From Oculatellaceae cyanobacterium bins.114 (lineage in GTDB: Bacteria; Cyanobacteriota; Cyanobacteriia; Elainellales; Elainellaceae): a stretch of 64,000 nucleotides of DNA. Below, piece by piece: positions 38,658 through 48,127 of the stretch (the stretch's first letter is position 1; the number at the start of each line of letters is the position of its first letter). The notes under the pieces are model-generated. The model did not search any database. It was not told where the DNA came from and was given only the letters and a program-made list of their open reading frames with translations. Position numbers and translations under genes: made by a program. The DNA is taken from assembly GCA_033764315.1 (NCBI GenBank), contig JANRJA010000028.1:1-64000 (forward strand), in the 5' to 3' direction.

Positions 38658-40349
38658 GTGACAGAGTTACAGTGTCTATCTTACGGTGTTGGTCATGCCG
38701 ACGAAGGGGTTTGTCTGCTGGTGCGGATGGGGCCCTATAGGGTTTTGCTTGATTGTGGGTTAGCCAACATTGCGTCGCTGATGACGAGTGCTGGGGGGTT
38801 GCCCCCTGCCGATGTGGTGCTCTGTAGTCATGCCCATGCTGATCATGCAAGAGGTTTGTTATCGCTACATCAGGCCTTTCCCCAGTTGCCTATTTATGCC
38901 AGCGAAGTGACCGCCCAACTGTTGCCTCTAAATTGGCTGGGTGAGGAGATTCCATCGTTTTGTCGAGCGTTACCTTGGCGATCGCCCGTTGCTTTTCAAG
39001 AAGGGTTAAGTGCCGAGCTTTATCCCGCAGGGCATCTGCCAGGAGCCTCTGTTTTTGTGTTGACCTACACCACGGCTGAACGGGTCTACACCTTGCTTTA
39101 TACAGGGGATTGTTTTCTCTCAAACTCGCGTTTGGTCGAAGGGTTGCCTCTTGAAGAATTGCGGGGTCTCAAGCCAGATGTCTTGATTTTAGAAGGCAGC
39201 TATGGCACAGCCCGCCATCCCCATCGCCGTCAACAAGAAAATCAGTTGGCGGAACGCATCAATCAGGCGATCGCTGACCAGCAGTCGGTGCTGTTGCCTA
39301 CTCCTACCTTGGGTTTGGGGCAAGAACTATTGATGTTGCTGCGTAGTCATCACCACTTCACCGGACGCAATATTGATATCTGGGTCGATGGCTCGGTCGC
39401 TCTGGGGTGTGATGCTTATCTAGAGTTGTTACCCCACTTTCCCAGTGCAGTTCAAAACTTTGCTCGTCATCAACCCCTCTTTTGGGACGATCGCATCCGT
39501 CCGCGAGTGCGCCGTGTGCCTGCTGAAAAAGGTCAACTGAATCAGTTATTAAACGACCCCCAAACCCCTTACGTCATTCTCACTGACCAGGTGGCTGACC
39601 TTGATCGATATTGTCGGCTTGGCAATGGCTCTTGGACGGTGTTGTTGCCTCACCAACCGGGGCGAGTCGGGGCGATCGAAACGGCAGTCTACAACTTGTT
39701 AGAAGGCTCTAAACCACTTCAAGCAAAGGTACAAACGGGGGAGTTGGTGATAGACACCTATCTTTTAGGGGATCACTGTGATGGACCAGGCACCACCCAA
39801 TTGATTCACAACCTGCGCCCTCAACACGTTGTGTTAATCCACGGCTCCTCGACTTACCTCACCGATTTGACCAGCTTAGAAGAATTGCAAAATCGCTATC
39901 AGTTACATTCTCCTGCCATTGGCACCCTGGTGGAATTGCCTATTGGCGAGACGTTCTTGCAACCTGCTGCCCCTGAAGCTCGCTATGAAGGGGAACTCAC
40001 AGAACTGAGCAACGGGGTAAGTATTTATCTGTCTAGCCCAATCACATCTGATCCGCGTTGGCAAAACTTTGCAGACACCGGGTTAGTCGAAGCCCGTTGG
40101 CAGGGTGAAGAATTGGTGCTGCGGGGAGTCCCTCAACGGGAAATCTTGAATCAGGGAGGTGACTTGACCGCCTTACCCGATATGGAGTGTTGTGAATATT
40201 GCTTGCATTATCGGGGGCAACGCTGCTGGAATCAAGCCTCTCCTTTATTTGGGTTTAAGGTCACTCCTGAGGGCTTTTGTCCAGTCTTTGAGGCTGCTCT
40301 AGAGGGCAATCAAGCCCTGATGGACGATGAAGACGGGGATGAGTCATAA
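38658..40349 (+). CDS. MBL-fold beta-CASP hydrolase (RNA-processing nuclease family) with Cys-rich C-terminus
   Basis: LLDCG, SHAHADH, AGHLPGA, YTGD, ILEGSYG, DHCD, VLIHG. Confidence 0.9.
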   Translation: MTELQCLSYGVGHADEGVCLLVRMGPYRVLLDCGLANIASLMTSAGGLPPADVVLCSHAHADHARGLLSLHQAFPQLPIYASEVTAQLLPLNWLGEEIPSFCRALPWRSPVAFQEGLSAELYPAGHLPGASVFVLTYTTAERVYTLLYTGDCFLSNSRLVEGLPLEELRGLKPDVLILEGSYGTARHPHRRQQENQLAERINQAIADQQSVLLPTPTLGLGQELLMLLRSHHHFTGRNIDIWVDGSVALGCDAYLELLPHFPSAVQNFARHQPLFWDDRIRPRVRRVPAEKGQLNQLLNDPQTPYVILTDQVADLDRYCRLGNGSWTVLLPHQPGRVGAIETAVYNLLEGSKPLQAKVQTGELVIDTYLLGDHCDGPGTTQLIHNLRPQHVVLIHGSSTYLTDLTSLEELQNRYQLHSPAIGTLVELPIGETFLQPAAPEARYEGELTELSNGVSIYLSSPITSDPRWQNFADTGLVEARWQGEELVLRGVPQREILNQGGDLTALPDMECCEYCLHYRGQRCWNQASPLFGFKVTPEGFCPVFEAALEGNQALMDDEDGDES

Positions 40350-40589
40350 ACGGCTGTGATGTTGCCTCTTGTGAGAGCAGCTAGAACAATCCAAAAAGAC
40401 CTGATGTGAATTAGGCTGTAGGGGGACAACCTGTAGGCAAAGGCTCCAGCATGGGTAGCAAACTAGAGTTGCTAAATGCTATGCCCTAAAGAGCTGCAGC
40501 GATCGCACCTGAGTTGCCTTGTTTTCGTGAATCCTCATTTGGTGAACCCTCGTTTCATATTGATTGAATTTCCCTCACTCCCATAAACT

Positions 40590-42377
40590 ATGCGTGATTT
40601 TTTCAAGTTTGTTTTTGCCAGTCTGGTTGGGCTGACGCTCTTTAGTGTTGGTGGCTTGTTTCTGTTAGTGGCGATCGTCACACTTGCTGCCCGTGAAACA
40701 ACTCCTGCTATACAAGATAAAACCGTTTTAGCTTTTGATTTGTCACTCGATATCATCGACACCCCACCCGGCACGTATTCCTCTGGGGCGATCGAGCGGG
40801 TGTTATCGGGGGATGGTGAGGAGAAGATTGCCTTTAGAACTGTGTTAGACACCCTCGAAGCGGCTGCAACAGACGATCGCATTGTTGGGTTATATCTCTA
40901 CAACAGCGTTGACCCAGGAGGATCGGGGTTCGCCAATCTGACCGAGATCCGAGAAGCCCTGCAAGCGTTTCAAGCGTCAGGCAAGCCTATTCTGGCCTAT
41001 GAGATGCAATGGGCAGAGCGCGATTATTACCTCACTTCGGTGGCCGATACGGTCATGCTCAATCCCACAGGGATGATGGAGATGAACGGCTTTAAATCAG
41101 AAACTGCCTTTTTTGCCACCGCGCTTGAAAAATATGGCATTGGTATTCAAGTCACCCGTGTGGGAGCGTATAAGTCGGCGGTTGAGCCGTTTATTCGCAG
41201 CGATCGCAGCCCTGCGGATCGTCAACAAATTCAAAAACTGTTGAGCGATTTATGGGGTGAGTTTTTGCAGTCTGTGGCTAAAAGTCGTGAACTGACTCCC
41301 CAAGCGTTGCAAGCACTGGCAGATCAGGATGGGCTATTGTTGGCGTCAGAGGCAAAAACAGCCGGATTGGTTGATCGGTTGGCTTATCCCGATGAAGCGA
41401 TCGCCGAGTTACATAAACTGACCGGGGAGCCTGACTCCGAAGAAGACTTTCGTCAAGTTAGCCTGCCTGAATATGCAACGATCGCCAAGGATGATCAGGG
41501 TCTTAGTCGCAATCAAGTTGCTCTGATCTATGCCGAAGGCGACATCGTCAGTGGTGAGGGTGGTGATGGACAAATCGGTGGTGATTTCTTTGCAGAGGAA
41601 ATTCGTAAACTGCGGCTTGATGACAATGTCAAGGCGATTGTCTTGCGGGTCAACAGTCCAGGGGGCAGTGCCACTGCATCAGATCTCGTGACCCGCGAGG
41701 TGAAACTGGCAGCAGAGGTCAAACCTGTGATTGTCTCAATGGGCAATCTGGCAGCCTCTGGTGGCTATCAAATCTCGACCTACGCCACTAAAATCTTTGC
41801 TCTTCCTAGCACGATTACTGGGTCGATTGGAGTCTTTGGTCTGCTGCCCAATGTCCAGGCGATCGCCAACAACAACGGTATTACCTGGGATGTTGTCAAA
41901 ACAGGGCAATATGCTGATATTCAGAGCATCACCCGTCCGCGTACCCCCGCAGAAATGGCGATCGTTCAACGCATCACAGATCAGTTCTACACTCACTTTT
42001 TAGATACGGTGGCTGAATCGCGATCGCTGCCTCGACAACGGGTTGCTGAGATCGCTCAAGGACGAGTCTGGTCTGGCATCGAAGCCAAACGCATTGGTCT
42101 GGTAGACGAGCTAGGGGGATTAGAAGATGCCATTCAAGCGGCGGCTGAGGCGGCTAAATTGGGCGATGACTGGCGTTTAGAAGAATATCCTCAAAACAAG
42201 TTGTTTGACGGTCAATTACTCGGTAGCTTGTTGAGCCGTCACAATAGCCAGTCATCCTCACGCGATCCCCTGACCCTGCAATTACAGAACCTGCGGGCTG
42301 ACCTGGAAACCTTAAAAGCAATGAATGATCCGGTAGGCATCTACAGTCGGATTTTGTTTACCCCCAGAATTGAATAA
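40590..42377 (+). CDS. sppA: Signal peptide peptidase SppA (67K type)
   Basis: YKSAVEPF, LRVNSPGGSA, SMGNLAASGGY, TGSIGVFG, AQGRVWSG. Confidence 0.95.
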   Translation: MRDFFKFVFASLVGLTLFSVGGLFLLVAIVTLAARETTPAIQDKTVLAFDLSLDIIDTPPGTYSSGAIERVLSGDGEEKIAFRTVLDTLEAAATDDRIVGLYLYNSVDPGGSGFANLTEIREALQAFQASGKPILAYEMQWAERDYYLTSVADTVMLNPTGMMEMNGFKSETAFFATALEKYGIGIQVTRVGAYKSAVEPFIRSDRSPADRQQIQKLLSDLWGEFLQSVAKSRELTPQALQALADQDGLLLASEAKTAGLVDRLAYPDEAIAELHKLTGEPDSEEDFRQVSLPEYATIAKDDQGLSRNQVALIYAEGDIVSGEGGDGQIGGDFFAEEIRKLRLDDNVKAIVLRVNSPGGSATASDLVTREVKLAAEVKPVIVSMGNLAASGGYQISTYATKIFALPSTITGSIGVFGLLPNVQAIANNNGITWDVVKTGQYADIQSITRPRTPAEMAIVQRITDQFYTHFLDTVAESRSLPRQRVAEIAQGRVWSGIEAKRIGLVDELGGLEDAIQAAAEAAKLGDDWRLEEYPQNKLFDGQLLGSLLSRHNSQSSSRDPLTLQLQNLRADLETLKAMNDPVGIYSRILFTPRIE

Positions 42378-42409
42378 GAAAAAGGCAGAGGGCAGGAGGT
42401 AATACCAAT

Positions 42410-43105
42410 TCAATATGAAGCTGTACCCATTTCTTCATTCTTGGCTCTGATCCGATAAGCACACCGACGATCGCCCTTTAAAATGTGCTCCACCCGCTCA
42501 ACGGTGACGGTTGCTCCTAGCACCGCTTGAAACACATCTAGCTCAGCGTGACATAACCCTGCACAAGTTTGAGCGGCTGCACAGATCGGACAATGGTTTT
42601 CCACCAGTAACCATCCACTCGCTTCCTCAATCACCTCTGCCATATAGCCTTCTAGGTTTCGCAGATAAGCGATCGCCTTGACCCGTTGCTGCCAGGTTGC
42701 GTCGGCTCCCATTTCAACCAATTTGGTTTGATAAGTCTGGGTCTGTCGCCGACTCCGTTCGGTCACGAGTTTCTCCATACCCTCGGTACCAAAGATTGTC
42801 TCTACCCCCCGCAGCACCTCTAAGATCAAATCGGCGTGGCTATCTGGAAAACGGCTTACCGAATGCTCAGTCAATTGCCATAGCTTGACCGGACGCCCCA
42901 TCGATCGCTTTTCTTCTTGATATGTCACCCATGCCTCGGCTTTAAGGCTCTGCAAATGCTGGCGAATGGCCATTGGTGAGACCTGCAACTGGTCTGCCAA
43001 TGCCGTTGCAGTTTGAGCACCCCGCATCTTCAACAAGTGCAGAATTTGCTCTTTCACCTTGTGTTTGACGAGTTCCTCCATAAGATTTGGGTAAATCGGC
43101 TCCAT
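42410..43105 (-). CDS. SufR-like HTH metalloregulator
   Basis: HTH LADQLQVSPMAIRQHL…GRP; EGYMAE…ENHCPICAAA..C..LC..EL…RRCAY Cys cluster. Confidence 0.88.
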   Translation of the reverse strand: MEPIYPNLMEELVKHKVKEQILHLLKMRGAQTATALADQLQVSPMAIRQHLQSLKAEAWVTYQEEKRSMGRPVKLWQLTEHSVSRFPDSHADLILEVLRGVETIFGTEGMEKLVTERSRRQTQTYQTKLVEMGADATWQQRVKAIAYLRNLEGYMAEVIEEASGWLLVENHCPICAAAQTCAGLCHAELDVFQAVLGATVTVERVEHILKGDRRCAYRIRAKNEEMGTASY

Positions 43106-43467
43106 TTCACAACGGGTAGACTAATTTGAAAGCGATCGCCACAGGGCTAAAAACCTGAGAAAAGGAAATCCAATGAAGGTTTCTTGCTACCTCTACCTTC
43201 ATCCTCAAAGGAGTCAGAGCTAACCTCCCAGGTCTTGGAATTGTCAATATAGCTCAAAACCCTATTCCCTGAAGCACTTCTCTTAACGCAGACCAAGCAT
43301 CTAACGCATTCACTAAAAACAAAAGATTGATTTCGGTTTTGAGACTTGGAGTGGCGATCACAAACAGCCTCTACTCCTCTACAATCCTCTATATCCCAGG
43401 GTAAGAATCTTTGCGGCATCGCTATTGCTTTTGGGCGATCGCGGCTCTATCGCCAGACTGAGGGCAT

Positions 43468-43527
43468 TCAATATTTGTAAACAAATGTTTCAATATTGAC
43501 GGCAAAGCGGTATGACGGCTTGACAGC
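43468..43527 (+). promoter_or_regulatory. Promoter/operator region of the RHH-ycf46-ycf35 operon
   Basis: Imperfect palindrome TCAATATT(T)G(T)AAACA-AA-TGTTTCAATATTGA followed by three TGAC(G/A)GC direct repeats. Confidence 0.45.
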
Positions 43528-43585
43528 ACCCAAAAAGCTGAATATGCTTGCAAACATACCCGGGTATTAACCATGTAACCGTTAT

Positions 43586-43936
43586 ATGCAAGACAAAACT
43601 AAAGTTACCTTATATCTCCCGCCAGAACTTCACCGCCAACTCAAAATCCGTGCGGCGGTCGAGGCCGAGCCAATGTCAGCCATTGCAGAACGTGCAATTG
43701 TCTTTTATTTGACACATCCCGGCGTGGTAGATGAGGTAGAAATGAGTCATGGACGGACTCACCAAGTATATAGTTGCCCTGGGTGCGAGAGTCCATTGGT
43801 GTTACGAGAGGGTGAAATGGTTGCCCTGCAAGAGCAGTCCGCTGTCCTGGTTGATGAGGAAATTTCAGTTGCTAAGGTTGGCGTTCCCGTTACCCCCGAG
43901 CAACAAGGTGAGCAAGAGCTTGTTCTTGCTAAGTAA
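43586..43936 (+). CDS. Ribbon-helix-helix DNA-binding protein with CxxC motif
   Basis: KVTLYLPPELHRQLKIRAAVEAEPMSAIAERAI; YSCPGC. Confidence 0.85.
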   Translation: MQDKTKVTLYLPPELHRQLKIRAAVEAEPMSAIAERAIVFYLTHPGVVDEVEMSHGRTHQVYSCPGCESPLVLREGEMVALQEQSAVLVDEEISVAKVGVPVTPEQQGEQELVLAK

Positions 43937-44072
43937 TCCTTGCTGACTAAGGCAATTCATTGTCCTTGAGTTCTGAATTTATTAATCCTAATGCGGCGGT
44001 TCAATCACTTAGCCCAACGGTTTAGAGTCGATTGAAACGGTTCAGCATCTGCCCCCATCCTTTAGGTCGTTA

Positions 44073-45590
44073 ATGATCATGAAAGAAGAGCTAAGTATTC
44101 TAGTTCAAGCTCAATATCCTCTGATCTACCTCGTCACATCTGAGGAAGAGCGGGCAGAGCAGACCATCGCAACAATTGCTCAGATGAAGCCGCAACGTCG
44201 GTTCTTTATCTGGACTGTAACCCACGGTATCGTCGAATATGGGCAACCTCGTAACGTCACACAACACAACACCCTCGCCCCTGAAGCGGCGATTGAATGG
44301 GTGGTGCGTCAACGAGAGCCAGGTATCTTTGTCTTTAAAGATTTACATCCATTCATTGAAGCACCTGCAGTAACCCGTTGGCTACGAGATGCGATCGCCA
44401 GTTTCAAAGATATGCAGAAGGCGATCGTCTTGATGTCTCCCGTACAAAATATTCCCATCGAGCTAGAAAAAGAGATTGCAGTGCTCGATTTCCCGCTGCC
44501 CGATATGTCAGAGTTAAACCAGGTGTTAACTCAGCAGCTTGATCAAATTCGTCCGGCTCGTCGCATCACCACTGAAACTCGTGAAAAGTTGTTAAAGGCC
44601 GCTCTGGGTCTGACCCGTGATGAGTCCGAAAAAGTGTATCGCAAAGCCCAAGTAACGGCTGGTCGGCTCACCGAAGCAGAAGTTGATGTTGTGCTCTCTG
44701 AGAAGAAACAACTGATTCGTCGCAACGGCATTCTGGAATACATCGAGGAAGATGAAACCATTGATGCGGTTGGCGGTTTAGAAGAATTGAAAAAATGGCT
44801 CCGTCAACGTTCTAATGCGTTTACTGAGCGAGCCCGGGAATATGGATTGCCCCAACCTAAAGGGATGTTAATTTTGGGGGTTCCCGGTTGCGGCAAGTCA
44901 CTCATCGCTAAAACTACCGCTCGTCTGTGGGGTTTGCCTCTGCTGCGGTTAGATATGGGGCGAGTATATGACGGTTCAATGGTGGGGCGGTCAGAGGCAA
45001 ATTTGCGAAACGCCTTGAAAACGGCTGAGTCCATTTCGCCTACAATTTTGTTCATTGATGAGATTGATAAAGCCTTTGCAGGCAGCACGGGATCTGCTGA
45101 CTCTGACGGAGGCACCTCCAGTCGTATCTTTGGGTCTTTCTTGACCTGGATGCAAGAAAAAACCTCTCCGGTGTTTGTCATGGCGACAGCAAACCGAGTC
45201 GAGCGGTTACCTGGAGAGTTCTTACGGAAAGGGCGATTTGACGAAATTTTCTTTGTCGATTTGCCCAATGCTGAAGAGCGAAAAGAGATTTTCAATATTC
45301 ACCTGACCAAACGCCGTCGAGATATCGGTCGATTTGATTTGGATCAACTGGTGAATGTGTGTGATGGGTTCTCTGGTGCAGAGATAGAACAGGCGTTGAT
45401 TGCAGCGATGTATGAAGCCTTTGCGGGCGATCGCGAGTTTACTCAACTCGATATCATTGCTGCCATTAAAGCGACCCTACCGCTTTCTAAGACGATGAGT
45501 GAGCAGGTTACAGCCCTGAGAGATTGGGCAAGGCAGCGCGCGCGACCTGCGGCGTCCTCCGTCGCTGAATATCAGCGAATGGAGTTCTAA
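44073..45590 (+). CDS. ycf46: Ycf46-family AAA+ ATPase
   Basis: EEERA, FKDLHPF, GVPGCGKS, LFIDEIDK, ATAN…LRKGRFDEIFFVDLP. Confidence 0.92.
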   Translation: MIMKEELSILVQAQYPLIYLVTSEEERAEQTIATIAQMKPQRRFFIWTVTHGIVEYGQPRNVTQHNTLAPEAAIEWVVRQREPGIFVFKDLHPFIEAPAVTRWLRDAIASFKDMQKAIVLMSPVQNIPIELEKEIAVLDFPLPDMSELNQVLTQQLDQIRPARRITTETREKLLKAALGLTRDESEKVYRKAQVTAGRLTEAEVDVVLSEKKQLIRRNGILEYIEEDETIDAVGGLEELKKWLRQRSNAFTERAREYGLPQPKGMLILGVPGCGKSLIAKTTARLWGLPLLRLDMGRVYDGSMVGRSEANLRNALKTAESISPTILFIDEIDKAFAGSTGSADSDGGTSSRIFGSFLTWMQEKTSPVFVMATANRVERLPGEFLRKGRFDEIFFVDLPNAEERKEIFNIHLTKRRRDIGRFDLDQLVNVCDGFSGAEIEQALIAAMYEAFAGDREFTQLDIIAAIKATLPLSKTMSEQVTALRDWARQRARPAASSVAEYQRMEF

Positions 45591-45749
45591 CAAGCTTTCT
45601 CTCCTGCTCCCAACAGGAGGAAAGGCTAGCTGATGCTAGCAGTTTAAATCTATAGCCGTACTTGTTTGCCCTCCAAAGGTTAAGCCATACGGTATATCTA
45701 CATCAAAACGTTGTCGTTTCTCTCAATTTCTCTACAGGAGGAAATCCAA

Positions 45750-46103
45750 ATGTCTCACTTTAGCACTCTGCGCACCAAGATCACTGACGCTGAAATCCTC
45801 AAGGCTTCCCTGCGGGATCTCGGAATCTCTTTTAAAACAGATGCTGATGTTCGTGGCTACAATGGTCAGCGCGTTCGTTCTGACATCGTTGCTGTCCTCG
45901 AAGGTGAGTATGATCTGGGCTGGTCACGCAATACTGATGGTTCTTTTGACCTCGTTGCTGACCTTTGGGGTGTTGCTAAGAAGCACAACCAAACTGAGCT
46001 GATCAACTCGATCAACCAGAAGTATGCTGTGAACAAAACTCTGGCAGAAGTCAAGCGTCCTGGTTTGCAAAACGCTAACGTTAAGTTGGTTCTGCAAAAG
46101 TAG
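45750..46103 (+). CDS. ycf35: DUF1257 / Ycf35 protein
   Basis: MSHFSTLRTKITD…VRGYNGQ…YDLGW…FDLVADLW…INQKYA; CAGGAGG Shine-Dalgarno upstream. Confidence 0.9.
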   Translation: MSHFSTLRTKITDAEILKASLRDLGISFKTDADVRGYNGQRVRSDIVAVLEGEYDLGWSRNTDGSFDLVADLWGVAKKHNQTELINSINQKYAVNKTLAEVKRPGLQNANVKLVLQK

Positions 46104-46126
46104 TTTTATTAAGCGTTCCCAAATTG

Positions 46127-46162
46127 ACGGGCTAACTCCATCAGCGGGTTAGCCCGTTTTTT
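46127..46162 (+). terminator. Intrinsic terminator after ycf35
   Basis: ACGGGCTAAC…GTTAGCCCGT-TTTTT. Confidence 0.9.
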
Positions 46163-46199
46163 ACTTGATCACTTCCTATATCCCATTCTCTTTTCCCTC

Positions 46200-47108
46200 A
46201 TGAATCCCTTTTCCCCCGATCAGGTTGAGTCCATCAACCAAATGCTGCTCAACTGCGGTGAAAAAGCTACTCAAATGGCAGAGCAACCATTTCAAGTCTT
46301 TGAAAAAGGGGTAAAAGATTATGTTACAAATGTCGATCGCCTGTTAGATGAGATTCTTACAGCGGGGTTTGGGCAATTATTTCCTGACGACGGCATTATC
46401 TCAGAAGAAAATGTTCAATCTCGGCAGGCGTTTCATGCTAATCATCAGCGACTATGGCTGATTGACCCGTTGGATGGTACTGACGATTTTATTCATCACA
46501 AACCTCACTATGCAGTGATGGTTGGATTGTTGCAGGCAGGTGAGCCAATAGCTGGATGGGTATATGCACCAGCATTGGGTCAACTTTACTACGGTGGTAA
46601 AGATTGGGGTTTGTTTCAGCACATCGGTGAACCTGTACTGCAAAGCGGTTTCTTTGACAGGGCGATCGCCCACCCCCAACCTCTCATTCCTATAGAACCC
46701 CCTAGTGTATCCAATGAGTTTTGTCCCATGATCATCGGTGACAAAGATCGACGGGTCTATGGAGAGGCGATCGCCCAACTCATTCCAGGAGTGCAGTTTA
46801 GGGCGATTGGCAGTTTTGGCCTCAAAGTGATGCAAGTGATCAGTGGCAATGCAGGACTCTATCTTTATCTCAACCGCCGAGTAAAGTTGTGGGACACAGT
46901 AGGCCCGATCGCTCTTGCCAAAGCAGCAGGTTTGGTGTGCTGTGATTTAAACGGGCAACCTTTGCAATTTACAGCCAATGCGATTGAGCCAGACAGCCTT
47001 GCCCACCAGCAACCCATCATCATTGGCTGGGCATCTTATGTCGAAGCCTTACAACCTCGACTGCGGCAAGCCATTCACCAGATTGATCCGGCTTGGGCGA
47101 TAGGTTAA
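46200..47108 (+). CDS. Inositol monophosphatase / CysQ-family phosphatase
   Basis: DYVTNVD, ISEE, WLIDPLDGT, WDTVG motifs. Confidence 0.9.
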   Translation: MNPFSPDQVESINQMLLNCGEKATQMAEQPFQVFEKGVKDYVTNVDRLLDEILTAGFGQLFPDDGIISEENVQSRQAFHANHQRLWLIDPLDGTDDFIHHKPHYAVMVGLLQAGEPIAGWVYAPALGQLYYGGKDWGLFQHIGEPVLQSGFFDRAIAHPQPLIPIEPPSVSNEFCPMIIGDKDRRVYGEAIAQLIPGVQFRAIGSFGLKVMQVISGNAGLYLYLNRRVKLWDTVGPIALAKAAGLVCCDLNGQPLQFTANAIEPDSLAHQQPIIIGWASYVEALQPRLRQAIHQIDPAWAIG

Positions 47109-47378
47109 GAAACCGCTTTTTGAGAGGCGGTATTGCTGTGATATCCTAGTTTTTACTAAAGCATCTGCAATGCTTGAATAAAAGCTACAGGCGTTGATCG
47201 ATCTAGAAAATGCTCAGATTCCTGATGTTTCTGGGTAACATAGTTTAATTAGTTAGTAGCCTCTACGTCGCCCACCTCTATCGCTTTTTACTAAAGCTGC
47301 TGTTGCCCTTGGCATGACCTTTAGTATTAAAGTGGATGGCAGTGGAAACACATCAATCCTTATTCTGAGCAGCTTTCC

Positions 47379-48062
47379 ATGCAGACCGCCGTTTTTAGTG
47401 AGCTTTTCCCCCTATTTCAATCTGCCAGCCCAGAAACACTTGACTGGCTGCTATCTATTGCTGTTGAGCACGAATATCCAGCAGACCGGGCTGTCTTGAT
47501 GGAAGATGCTTGGGGCAATGCGGTTTACTTTGTTGAATCGGGCTGGGTTAAAGTGCGTCGCCACGCAGGTGATGAGGTAGTGACATTAGCCATTCTGGGA
47601 CGAGGTGATTTCTTTGGTGAAATGGCGATTCTAGATGAGTCCCCTCGCTCAACAGATGTAGTGGCCCTGTCATCAGTCAAGCTTTTGAGCATTTCTGCCC
47701 AGCGTTTTATTCAGACGCTATTTAAAGACTCTCAACTCCATCACCGCATGTTGCAGTTGATGGTGCGACGGTTGAGACAGACTAATTTTCGCTTTCAACT
47801 CAATCATCAAGCTCCAGCGATCAAGCTCGCTAACACCCTTGTCTTTTTGGGTGAAACCTATGGTCAGCCTTCTTCGCAAGGCACTGAGATTTTCAACATT
47901 CCAGCAAAAGATCTAGCAGATGCTACCAGCATTTCGGTCGATGAAACGACCAAGATTATGGAGAAGTTAGAGAGCAAAGGGTGGATTAAAATCGACACTG
48001 CTAACCAACTGATTTATCTGGTTAACATGAAACAGTTGGCCCATCTAGCAGGCAGAATTTAG
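47379..48062 (+). CDS. Crp/Fnr-family transcriptional regulator
   Basis: cNMP-binding GDFFGEMAILDESPRSTDV; C-terminal HTH. Confidence 0.92.
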   Translation: MQTAVFSELFPLFQSASPETLDWLLSIAVEHEYPADRAVLMEDAWGNAVYFVESGWVKVRRHAGDEVVTLAILGRGDFFGEMAILDESPRSTDVVALSSVKLLSISAQRFIQTLFKDSQLHHRMLQLMVRRLRQTNFRFQLNHQAPAIKLANTLVFLGETYGQPSSQGTEIFNIPAKDLADATSISVDETTKIMEKLESKGWIKIDTANQLIYLVNMKQLAHLAGRI

Positions 48063-48127
48063 ACTGGCTTGGTGCCTATTGTGCAGCCTACAATAAACCA
48101 TAACTGGTCTATTTGTGGCACCCTTCC

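Noticed and set aside
42410-43105. Calling this gene sufR
   Set aside because: No sufBCDS operon is adjacent; it is more likely a paralogue, so no symbol is given.
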